Positions 19,277 through 27,165 are shown, counted from the first letter of the stretch. The stretch is 32,000 bases of DNA from Kiritimatiella glycovorans (GCF_001017655.1 NZ_CP010904.1:390001-422000), one strand, 5' to 3'. Translations and numbers: made by a program. Notes: a model not told the origin generated them from the letters alone.

Positions 19277-19299
19277 GCCAACGATTGCATATCGTTGGC
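19277..19299. promoter_or_regulatory. 23-bp perfect palindrome, candidate LacI-family operator of the sulfatase operon
   Basis: GCCAACGAT-TGCAT-ATCGTTGGC with 9/9 complementary arms, 28-50 nt upstream of ATG 19249. TGCCAACGATTGCA (19276-19289) fits 9/10 fixed positions of TGnAAnCGnTTnCA. TTGACA lies on the minus strand at 19319-19314. Confidence 0.55.
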
Positions 19300-19338
19300 T
19301 ATTAACGGGGCGGTGTCAATGCAGAAATGCGGATCCGA

Positions 19339-20313
19339 TCAGAAGTACGACTTGCGCGTTAGGTAATCGGAGACGGGAATCCGTGCGAGCGGGTGATCGC
19401 TCCCGTCGGTCTGGTCGATCAGATTCGCCAGCCGGTCGACGGCGGTGTCGGCGATGGTTTCGTAATCCTGTTCAGCGACGATCACCCGCTCGGCGGGGCG
19501 CGCCTCGCCGAGCCAGTCGTCGAAACACCCGATGGTGCAGTGTTTCCTGCGCAAGGCGTCGGCGTGCGGGATGGCGAAGGTCAGCACGGCTTCCTGCGAG
19601 GACCCCAGCAGCGCGACACGCTCGTCGAGCGCCTCCCAGTCGAGTCCGTCGCCCTTGGTTATGCCGTTGACCCATGTCACGCCGCGTTCGCGCAGTTCCC
19701 TCGCCGCGCCCGTGAAACGTTCCCGTTCGACGGCGTTGACCCCGCGCCGGAAGAGCAGCATGAACTGGCGCGCCCCGGCGTCGATGCAGCGCCGCACCAG
19801 CTCACGGCCCGCCGCCTCATTGTCGGTGGTGACGACGAGACCCTCGCCGTAGGACCGCTCCGGCGGAACGTCGATGAAGATGATCGGGAAATTACGCTTG
19901 CGGAGCGGATCGAGCGCGGACAGGTCGCGGATGTCGCGGCGGTTGATGATCGCCCCGGCGGAGAGCCCCTGCATCATCCGCTCGGCGGCGCGGTCGAACA
20001 CCTTCTGGTCGCCGTGATGGACCGTGATGGCCAGATCGTAGCCCTTGTCGTGCGCGTGCTGGGTGGCGAATTCCGCCGATTTCCAGTCGACCGACGCCCC
20101 CAGCGTCGGGACGATGAACCAGATGATCTCCGCCTTCCCGCGCTTGAGGTACCGCGCGGCGAGGTTGGGGCGGTATCCCTTTTTCTCCGCGACGGACTGG
20201 ATGCGTTCGATGGTCTCCGTCTTCAGCCGCGCGTCGTTGCGCAGCGCGCGCGACACGGTCGAAGCATTCACCCCGCAGATGCGGGCGATATCGTACAGCG
20301 TAACTTTCGGCAT
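19339..20313 (-). CDS. LacI-family transcriptional regulator
   Basis: N-terminal HTH MPKVTLYDIARICGVNASTVSRALRN, followed by a periplasmic-binding-protein-like sugar-binding core. Confidence 0.95.
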   Translation of the reverse strand: MPKVTLYDIARICGVNASTVSRALRNDARLKTETIERIQSVAEKKGYRPNLAARYLKRGKAEIIWFIVPTLGASVDWKSAEFATQHAHDKGYDLAITVHHGDQKVFDRAAERMMQGLSAGAIINRRDIRDLSALDPLRKRNFPIIFIDVPPERSYGEGLVVTTDNEAAGRELVRRCIDAGARQFMLLFRRGVNAVERERFTGAARELRERGVTWVNGITKGDGLDWEALDERVALLGSSQEAVLTFAIPHADALRRKHCTIGCFDDWLGEARPAERVIVAEQDYETIADTAVDRLANLIDQTDGSDHPLARIPVSDYLTRKSYF

Positions 20314-20400
20314 GGTGCATTCTCCGTATTAGGCTACGCAGTATAGATTTATGAGGGGGAATTGCAACAGTCAGGCGCAGTGAAACACGTGAAAAAAAGT

Positions 20401-20475
20401 TCGTAGTAGCGCCGCGAGCCTGCCTCCGGCAGGCCAGGCGCGTGAAAGATCACGGCCCTGGTCCTGCTTCGCAGC
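20401..20475 (+). repeat. REP-like palindromic element (family B)
   Basis: TCGTAGTAGCGCCGCGAGCCTGCCTCCGGCAGGCCAGGCGCG... has a GTAG head followed by nested palindromes (GCGCC..CCTGCC tcc GGCAGG..GGCGC). About 86% identical to the reverse complement of 13376-13448. Confidence 0.8.
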
Positions 20476-20498
20476 GCGTCCGAATTTCCCCCATCCCC

Positions 20499-21719
20499 TC
20501 ACTCACCCCGTACGGTCTGCCGCGCGGCTTCGAGCAGCGGCGGGTTGTCGCGCACCTTGTGCCAGTTGTACATGCAGAGCAGCCGGCAGCGGGGGTGGGC
20601 GAGGGTCTGCCGCATCGCCCGCGCCCACAGCTCCGTTTTGTACGGCCGCAGCAGCATCCACTCGACCGCGCCCCACCACGGCGCATCGCTGAGTTCCAGC
20701 GCGCGCATCATGCCCTCGTCCCGGTTCGGATCCATGGCGTACCAGTAGTCGCTCCACCCTGGACACGAGTAGCGGTTTACTGCGGCGTTATAGAGCTTCT
20801 CGCCGAACTCGTTGCCCCAGCCGTGGGTGAAGATCCGCTCGCGCGGAATGCCGGCTTCACGGACGTGGCGCGAGAGATCTTCGAGGTGAAGCCGGATGAC
20901 TTCCACCAGATCGTCTTCGGTGATGTTGCCGCGATCGCGCAGTCCGGCGGTGCGGACGGCGGCGTACCCGATCTGCACCGCGCCGCGGCTGAGGACGTCT
21001 TTGCGCGTCAGTCCGTAATCGGGGTCGTCTTCCGGAGGGTCGTCGAGCAATTCGTTGCCGTTCGGATAATAAAAACCGTTCACCCCGATCGCGCTCTCCC
21101 AACCCACGTTCAGGCCGGCAAACAGGTGCTTTTTTTCGCGCGGCAGCTCGCGCCACCAGCGGACGATGATCGGCAGCAGCTCGTCCATGGCCTCGTGGCA
21201 GGCGCGCCGGTATTCGGGGCTCATGAGGTTCGGCGGGGGCTGGACCCGGATCTGCCGGCCCCAGTTTCGCCAGCCGACCTTGAGCGCGTACTCCGGTCCC
21301 CAGTGTCGCCATTCGACGTTCTTCGCGTTCGCCGGGTCGTAGCCGGGGAGGTCGGGGTCCCACCAGTTCCACAGGTCGGGCCGGTTCTGCCACCACTGCT
21401 CGCCGTCGAATTTGACCATCACCGGCGTGCCGGTGGCCTCCGCCGCCTCGAGGTAATTACGCAGACTCTGTTTCAGCGTTTCGATGTCGACGGCGAGATA
21501 CGAAAAGATCAGCTTGCACCCGGGCCGGATGTGCGAGGCGGGCAGGCCGGCGAACGCGTCGCGGAACTCGTCGAACGTCTCCGCCGTGATCGTGCCCGGT
21601 CGCTTCACGTTGAACCCCGAACGCGGCCCCATGTTGAACAGCAGGTAACGCTCGTGCGTATCCGCTCCCGCGCAGACCGCCCCAACGATCGCCATCAGCG
21701 GAATCAGCCACCGCTTCAT
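20499..21719 (-). CDS. secreted protein of unknown family (tandem paralog 1), possibly a TIM-barrel glycan-active enzyme
   Basis: ORF 20499-21767. Probable start ATG 21719 (MKRWLIPLMAIVGAVCAG signal peptide, GGGGGA SD). 88/115 residues identical to the neighbouring gene over the block VMVKFDGEQWW...GWESAIGVN, aligned by eye. Confidence 0.8.
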   Translation of the reverse strand: MKRWLIPLMAIVGAVCAGADTHERYLLFNMGPRSGFNVKRPGTITAETFDEFRDAFAGLPASHIRPGCKLIFSYLAVDIETLKQSLRNYLEAAEATGTPVMVKFDGEQWWQNRPDLWNWWDPDLPGYDPANAKNVEWRHWGPEYALKVGWRNWGRQIRVQPPPNLMSPEYRRACHEAMDELLPIIVRWWRELPREKKHLFAGLNVGWESAIGVNGFYYPNGNELLDDPPEDDPDYGLTRKDVLSRGAVQIGYAAVRTAGLRDRGNITEDDLVEVIRLHLEDLSRHVREAGIPRERIFTHGWGNEFGEKLYNAAVNRYSCPGWSDYWYAMDPNRDEGMMRALELSDAPWWGAVEWMLLRPYKTELWARAMRQTLAHPRCRLLCMYNWHKVRDNPPLLEAARQTVRGE

Positions 21720-21744
21720 GTTATTCCCCCTGAATGTCACAGGC

Positions 21745-23013
21745 CTACTCGTTCCGGTCGCGCGCATGGTCGCGGATGACCGCGCGGACGGCGTCCATGA
21801 CCGCCTCGCTGTCGTCGATGTGTTCCCAGTTGTAGACGCAGAGGAATCGGCATCCCGGATAGAAGAGCGACTTCTCCAGTGCCCGTTTCCAGCGTTCGCC
21901 GTCGCGCGAGCCGATCAGGTTCCATTCCACGGAACCCCAGTACGGGGCGTCGGATTTCTTCAGCGAACGCATGATGCCCTCGTTCTGTGCGGGGTCGTCG
22001 GCGTTCCAGTAATTGCTCCAGCCGGGGCAGGCGTACTCGTTGAGCGCGGCCTCGTAGAGCTTTTCGCCCCGGCGGTTGCCCACGCCGTGGGTGAAGATCT
22101 TCTCGCGCGGGAACCCGGCGCGGTGGACCCGGTGGGACAGGTCGCGCAGGTGGCGGCGGATGACTTCGTAGAGGTCGTCTTCCGTAATGTCGCCGCGGTC
22201 GCGGATGCCGGCGCTCCTGACCGAGGCGTACCCGATCTGCGCCACCCCGCGGTCCGGCACCTCGGAGAGTTCGATCCCGTGGTCCGGATCGTGTTCGGCC
22301 GGCTGGTGGACGCGTTCATTGCCGTCCGGGTAGTGGTAGGCGTTGATGCCGATCGAGCTTTCCCAGCCGATATTGACGCCGATGAAGAGGTCCTTCTGTT
22401 CCGCGGGCAGGGCGCGCCACCACTGGCGAACGATCGGCAGCAGTTCGTCCATGGCCTCATGGCAGGCCGCGCGGTATTCGCGGCTGAAGAGGTTGGGCGG
22501 GGGCAGCACGCGGATCTGGCGTCCCCAGTTGCGCCAGGCGATCTTCAGGGCGTCGTCCGGGTCCCAGCTCGACCACTCGACGTTGGCCCGGTTGGCGGGA
22601 TCGTAGCCGGGCAGGTCGGGGTCCCACCAGTTCCACAGGTCGGGCCGTTCCTGCCACCACTGCTCGCCGTCGAACTTGACCAGCACGGGGGTGTCGGTCT
22701 CCCGGGCGAAATGCAGGAAGCGCTTCAGGCTCGCCTTGAGTGTGGGCAGGTCGGTCTTGAGATACGAGAAGACGAACGCCATGCCGATGCGCACGTCCGA
22801 TGCGGGCAGGTTTTCGAACTCCTCCCGGATGTCCCGGAACACGCCGGGATGGATGGTGTGCGGGTACTCCTGGAAGATCAGCTCCTCCGGCTGGCGCATG
22901 AAGACCAGGTAGCGCGTGTCGTCGTCCGGGGTCGTCGAGGCCGCGCCTGCAGCCCCGCCGGCACCGAGCGCCAGCGCCGCGAGCATAAGTAGACCGGTCA
23001 GTTTTCGAACCAT
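21745..23013 (-). CDS. secreted protein of unknown family (tandem paralog 2)
   Basis: ORF 21745-23151. Probable start ATG 23013 (MVRKLTGLLMLAALALGAGG signal peptide, AGGAG SD). The upstream in-frame extension is repeat-derived sequence. Confidence 0.8.
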   Translation of the reverse strand: MVRKLTGLLMLAALALGAGGAAGAASTTPDDDTRYLVFMRQPEELIFQEYPHTIHPGVFRDIREEFENLPASDVRIGMAFVFSYLKTDLPTLKASLKRFLHFARETDTPVLVKFDGEQWWQERPDLWNWWDPDLPGYDPANRANVEWSSWDPDDALKIAWRNWGRQIRVLPPPNLFSREYRAACHEAMDELLPIVRQWWRALPAEQKDLFIGVNIGWESSIGINAYHYPDGNERVHQPAEHDPDHGIELSEVPDRGVAQIGYASVRSAGIRDRGDITEDDLYEVIRRHLRDLSHRVHRAGFPREKIFTHGVGNRRGEKLYEAALNEYACPGWSNYWNADDPAQNEGIMRSLKKSDAPYWGSVEWNLIGSRDGERWKRALEKSLFYPGCRFLCVYNWEHIDDSEAVMDAVRAVIRDHARDRNE

Positions 23014-23082
23014 GGTGTCGCTCCTTTTTTCGGTTCTTCGTGGATTTTTTGTGGCGATCGACGGCAAATCCGCTCGCGTCCC

Positions 23083-23146
23083 GTCGTACGCGTACGGATA
23101 CGAATCATGTTCAGAACCAACCTTCATGCCCTTCAACTCCTTCATG
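23083..23146 (-). repeat. repeat module C copy (CATGAAGG repeats + GTAC-rich tract)
   Basis: The reverse complement CCATGAAGGAGTTGAAGGGCATGAAGGTTGGTTCTGAACATGATTCGTATCCGTACGCGTAC aligns with 10388-10467 (CATGAAGGACATGAAGAGCATGAAGGTTGGTTGAGGGGGGTGAACATAATTCGTAC...CGTACGCGTAC). Confidence 0.7.
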
Positions 23147-23160
23147 GTCAATCCGCCCCG

Positions 23161-25125
23161 CTATCCCTCCCGGATGATCCTCCTCAGCCACAGACGATAC
23201 AACCCGAACAGCGAGATCGCGAACAGAACGACCGTGATCCAGAACTCGACATCGAACTTCAGCAGCACGATCTGCATCGGGACGAGGAAGAGGGTGACCT
23301 GCCAGACCAGCGCGAACGGGACGGAGGCGAGATCGAGGCGGTTCTCGCGGTCGGTCGCGGCGCGGGTCTCGGGGTCGAGAAGCGCGCGGAAGGGTTTCCA
23401 GAAGCCGAACGGGCGGGTCTGACGGTAGAACCGCTCCAGCGTTTCGCGGTCGGCCGCCGGCGCGAGGAAGGTGCCGAGCAGCGACCCCGCCAGCGAGACG
23501 GCGATCAGCAGCGAGAAGCCGGTGAAGACATGGAGCCCGGGCAGCCACAGGCGCTGGAGGATCGAACCGATCAGGCCCGTCAGGGTTCCGGCGACGAACC
23601 CGCAGCCGTTGAACCGCCACCAGTAGAGCCGCAGGATGAGCGGCATGCCGAGTCCGGCGGTGAGGCCCATCATCAGCCAGCTCCAGATATCGTCGATGTT
23701 CTCCGCGAAAAATCCGATCAGCAGCGCGAGGAGCACCATGACAAAGATGATCCCGTACGAGGCCCACAGCAGCTCCCGGTTGCCCGCGCGCGGGCGGAGG
23801 TAACGCTGGTAGATGTCGCGCACGAAGAACCCGGCGCCCTTGTTCACCGCGGAGTCGAAGCTCGACATGCTCGCCGCGATCAGGGCGATCAGGATCATGC
23901 CGCGGAAGCCGGGATGGATGAAGTGCTTGATCGCCTCCGGCAGGATCCGTTCCGGGTTGACGGTCCCCGGGTGGTAGCCGAGCAGCAGCACCTTCTCGCG
24001 CCAGCCCTCCCCGAGCAGCGTGGAGAGTTTTGCGGTGAGGTCCGGATAGTCTCCCGGCGACGCGGCCAGGCGGGAGAGCAGCTCGCTCCACTCGTGCGCG
24101 GCGAGATCGGGGTGCGCCGCGCGGATCAGTTCCGCGGCCCCCGTGATCGTGGCGGGCTCGGGGAACAGGTTCCCGATCATCAGCACGCCCAGCGCGGCGA
24201 ACGCCATCATCATCGGCCAGCGCAGCATCACGATCCACGTCCAGAAAAAGGTCAGCAGCCCGCACTCGCGGTCGCTGCGCGCGCCGAAGTACTTCGGATC
24301 CCAGCCCTCGCCGAGTCCCTGCTGGAAGGCCTTCACCGTGAAGAAGAGGATGCAGAGAATCAGCAGATTGTACTGATCGTACCCCGGCTGGAACGAGCAC
24401 TCCCAGGCGGGGGTCACGGACGTCCAGTCGGCGTTGCCGGTGACCGCCGCGGCCAGATCGGGGAAGGCGCCGTCCAGCGCGCCGATCTTCGTCATGGCCA
24501 GCCCGCATACCCCGAACACGGCCACGGCGATGATCCCCGACTGGATCAGGTCGGTGAAGACCACGCCGTAGAATCCGGAGCACATGGTGTAGACCGTGGC
24601 CACGGCGAACATGATCAGCGAGCACTGGAACGGGGTGAAGGGGAGGAAGGAGGCGAGGAAGAGCCCGACGCCCTTGGAGAGGTAGGCGAGCAGGACGGTG
24701 GTGAAGATGAGGGTGGAGAGGGCCATCACGAGGCTCGCCGCCTGACCCTGCGCGCGCTCACCGAAACGGAAGCGCATCCACTCCGCACCGGTGATGCAGC
24801 CCGAGCGCCGGTGCCATTTTCCGAGCCAGAGCATCATGAACACGAGGATCAGGCATGCCCCGCCGCGGAATTCGATGAAGAGTCCGCGCGGACCGATCAT
24901 GAAGAGGAAGGCGGTGATGAGCGACGTGCCGGTGATATCGACATACGACGCCATCCCGGAGAGTCCGAGCAGCCACCAGGGCAGCTTGCGCCCGCCGATG
25001 TAGTAGTCCTCGAGACTGGCCGAGGCATAGCGCCGCAGGACCGCGCCGAGCGCGACCAGCGCGAGCAGGTAGACCACGATCACCGCGCGGTCGAACCCGT
25101 TCAGCAGAAAAACATCGTGTTCCAT
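23161..25125 (-). CDS. sodium:solute symporter family (SSF/SLC5-type) transporter
   Basis: 654 aa and polytopic. The N-terminal pattern VIVVYLLALVALG...SLEDYYIGGRKLPWWLLGLSGMASYVD and overall architecture are typical of SSF permeases. Confidence 0.85.
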   Translation of the reverse strand: MEHDVFLLNGFDRAVIVVYLLALVALGAVLRRYASASLEDYYIGGRKLPWWLLGLSGMASYVDITGTSLITAFLFMIGPRGLFIEFRGGACLILVFMMLWLGKWHRRSGCITGAEWMRFRFGERAQGQAASLVMALSTLIFTTVLLAYLSKGVGLFLASFLPFTPFQCSLIMFAVATVYTMCSGFYGVVFTDLIQSGIIAVAVFGVCGLAMTKIGALDGAFPDLAAAVTGNADWTSVTPAWECSFQPGYDQYNLLILCILFFTVKAFQQGLGEGWDPKYFGARSDRECGLLTFFWTWIVMLRWPMMMAFAALGVLMIGNLFPEPATITGAAELIRAAHPDLAAHEWSELLSRLAASPGDYPDLTAKLSTLLGEGWREKVLLLGYHPGTVNPERILPEAIKHFIHPGFRGMILIALIAASMSSFDSAVNKGAGFFVRDIYQRYLRPRAGNRELLWASYGIIFVMVLLALLIGFFAENIDDIWSWLMMGLTAGLGMPLILRLYWWRFNGCGFVAGTLTGLIGSILQRLWLPGLHVFTGFSLLIAVSLAGSLLGTFLAPAADRETLERFYRQTRPFGFWKPFRALLDPETRAATDRENRLDLASVPFALVWQVTLFLVPMQIVLLKFDVEFWITVVLFAISLFGLYRLWLRRIIREG

Positions 25126-25170
25126 ATATGGCCGCGCACCTTAATCGCGCCGGAAAACGAAGACAAGATA

Positions 25171-25184
25171 AGAAATCGATTGCA
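25171..25184. promoter_or_regulatory. LacI/GalR-type operator-like site upstream of the SSF transporter operon
   Basis: AGAAATCGATTGCA fits 9/10 fixed positions of TGnAAnCGnTTnCA, 46 nt upstream of ATG 25125. Confidence 0.45.
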
Positions 25185-25224
25185 TCCCATCCGGCCTCTA
25201 CGTGGCTCTTGGCCGTATGTTTTC

Positions 25225-25355
25225 CTGAGTTCCACATGGGGACACCCGGACGGATATCGTACTCGTACTCGTACTCAGCGAAGCGGTACTCGTACTCGAA
25301 TTCCTCGAATCGGGGTGAGGGTAGGGATTCTGCTGGACAGCAGAAGGCCGTCCGC
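25225..25355 (-). repeat. repeat family A copy 2 (131 bp)
   Basis: 25256-25355 is 100/100 identical to 28354-28453. Contains (TCGTAC)n tracts, GAATTCCTCGAATCGGGGTGAGGGTAGGG and the hairpin core TTCTGCTGGACAGCAGAA. Confidence 0.95.
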
Positions 25356-25373
25356 AGAGGCTGCTCATGGAGT

Positions 25374-25396
25374 GCGCTGACTCCGTCAGCGCTTTT
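25374..25396 (+). terminator. GC-rich hairpin + T-run overlapping the photolyase-gene stop codon
   Basis: GCGCTGAC-tcc-GTCAGCGC followed by TTTT on the plus strand. On the minus strand (the photolyase sense) no U-run follows, so its function and direction are unclear. Confidence 0.3.
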
Positions 25397-26993
25397 CCGG
25401 ACGGGCTTTCCTGATCTCCCGGAGTTCGCTTTTCGGGATGCGGTCGAGGTTGCGCAGCGCGAGGCTCATCCGGGGGTTGCCCTTCAGCCGGCGGCGGTGA
25501 CGGTCGAGAAACGCCCAGTACAGGCGGGTGAACGGGCAGGCGTCGTCTCCTGTGCGGCGGTCGGGGCGGTAGCGGCACCCGCGGCAGTAGTTGCTCATGC
25601 GGCGGATGTAGGCCCCGCCGGCGGCGTAAGGTTTCGAGGCCAGCAGCCCGCCGTCGGCGTATTGCGACATCCCCAGCACGTTGGGCAGTTCGACCCATTC
25701 GACGGCGTCGAGGTAGATGGCGAGATACCACTCGTGGATCTCCTTCGGCCGGACCCCGAGCAGCAGACTGTAGAGGCCGGTGATCATCAGCCGCTGGATG
25801 TGGTGCGCGTAGCCGGTCGACAGCGTCTGACCGATCGCCTCCCGCAGACACGCCATCGCGGTCTCGCCGGTCCAGTAAAACTCCGGCAGCGGACGATCCG
25901 CGCCGAGGGCATTGCGCTGCGCGTATTCGGGCATGAAGCGGTGGTAGATGCCGCGCACGTACTCGCGCCAGCCGAGGATCTGGCGCACGAATCCCTCCGC
26001 CGCGGCGGCCGGCACCACGCCGTCCCGGAAGGCCGCGGTCGCGGCTGCGAGCACCTCGTGCGGACGGAGGAGATGGAGGTTCAACGACGACGACAGCAGC
26101 GAGTGCCACAGGTAGGGCTCCCCGGTCCACATCGCGTCCTGGTAGCGACCGAACGACGCCAGCCGCTCGCGTACGAACCGCTGCAGCGCGTCGAGCGCCT
26201 GTGCGCGGGTCACCGGCCAGGCGAACGCGTCGAGCGATCCGGGATGGCCGCCGAAGCGCCGGGCGACGAGTTCCAGCACCTCGCGCGTAATCGCGTCGGG
26301 ACGGTACGCCGGCGGGGAGGGGTGGTCCGGAGGTCCCTCGCGACCGAACGAGGCGCGGTTCTCGGCGTCGTAATTCCACATGCCGCCCACCGGCTCTTCG
26401 CCGTCCATCAGCACGCCGGTGCGGCGGCGCATCATGCGGTAGAAGTGCTCCTGCCGGAAGGTCTTCCGGCCCTCCGCCCAGTCGTCGAACACCTCGCGCG
26501 GACAGAGGAAGTGGCGGTCCGAGCGCCATTCGACCGGGATGCCCGCCTCGTGGGCCGCATGCGTCAGGTCCTCGCGCACACGGTGCTCGCCGGGTTCGAC
26601 GCCGATGACCCGTTCGGGCTTCCAGTCGCGCAGATCCGCCGTCATTCGTCCCGCGAGCGAACTGCGCGCGTCGTGCGGGTCGAGTTCGTGGTACGTGACG
26701 GGCCTGCCGCGCTGTTTCAGTTCGTCGGCGAAGTGGCGCATCGCGCTGAAGAAGAGGGCGAGGCGGACCTTGTGGCTCCGCACGTATTCGGCTTCGCCCA
26801 CCGCCTCCGCCATCCAGACCCGGTCGCGGCGCGGATCGAATCCGTCGAACGCCGCCGATTCCGCGTCGAGCTGATCCCCGAGCACGACGACGAGATGGCG
26901 GACGGAATGGGGCCGGTTACTCACGGTGCTCGAGCATAGACTCCGCGGCCGTTCGGGGCAAGGACGGGCCGCATGGTGGTAAGGCAGCGTCAA
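25386..26993 (-). CDS. cryptochrome/photolyase-family protein, FeS-BCP / (6-4) photolyase-related (COG3046-like)
   Basis: HLVVVLGDQLD start, FAD-binding-type C-terminal half, and Cys cluster YCRGCRYRPDRRTGDDACPFTRLYWAFL as in Fe-S-containing bacterial cryptochrome/photolyases. The ORF begins with TTG 26993; GTG 26924 (VSNRPHSVRHLVVV) is an alternative start. Confidence 0.8.
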   Translation of the reverse strand: MTLPYHHAARPCPERPRSLCSSTVSNRPHSVRHLVVVLGDQLDAESAAFDGFDPRRDRVWMAEAVGEAEYVRSHKVRLALFFSAMRHFADELKQRGRPVTYHELDPHDARSSLAGRMTADLRDWKPERVIGVEPGEHRVREDLTHAAHEAGIPVEWRSDRHFLCPREVFDDWAEGRKTFRQEHFYRMMRRRTGVLMDGEEPVGGMWNYDAENRASFGREGPPDHPSPPAYRPDAITREVLELVARRFGGHPGSLDAFAWPVTRAQALDALQRFVRERLASFGRYQDAMWTGEPYLWHSLLSSSLNLHLLRPHEVLAAATAAFRDGVVPAAAAEGFVRQILGWREYVRGIYHRFMPEYAQRNALGADRPLPEFYWTGETAMACLREAIGQTLSTGYAHHIQRLMITGLYSLLLGVRPKEIHEWYLAIYLDAVEWVELPNVLGMSQYADGGLLASKPYAAGGAYIRRMSNYCRGCRYRPDRRTGDDACPFTRLYWAFLDRHRRRLKGNPRMSLALRNLDRIPKSELREIRKARPEKR

Positions 26994-27002
26994 TGACAGT
27001 TA

Positions 27003-27164
27003 CCATTTACACAGCAGTTCTCATTATGGCCGCATTCCGACCGCGGACGGCGTGGCAGCCGTCCCTCCCGAGTCGATATCCGACGCATTTTCGGGCACTG
27101 GGAGGGTCGGGTGCCACCCCGACCGAAAAGGGTGAAGCCATAATGAGAATCGCTGCCATTTACA
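27003..27164. mobile_element. MITE-like element (144 bp, 27012-27155) with 19-bp terminal inverted repeats and a 9-bp target-site duplication
   Basis: The direct repeat CCATTTACA at 27003-27011 and 27156-27164 flanks the TIRs CAGCAGTTCTCATTATGGC (27012-27030) and the reverse complement of 27137-27155, CAGCGATTCTCATTATGGC. TIR identity is 17/19, including a perfect 13-mer. Internal hairpins: GGACGGC..GCCGTCC and GGTCGGG..CCCGACC. Confidence 0.75.
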
Positions 27165-27165
27165 T

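Noticed and set aside
23107-25380. 757-aa plus-strand ORF and 504-aa minus-strand ORF overlapping the SSF transporter gene
   Set aside because: These are alternative or antisense frames of a clear polytopic transporter gene. Their composition is low-complexity (Arg/Gly/Pro/Glu-rich) with no domain signatures.
27090-27160. GCACTGGGAGGG ... GGTGAAGCC, reminiscent of cobalamin-riboswitch motifs
   Set aside because: No B12-box (AGYCMGGAGACCKGCC-like) is present, and the orientation is wrong for any downstream plus-strand gene. The region is better explained by the TIR/TSD-bounded MITE.
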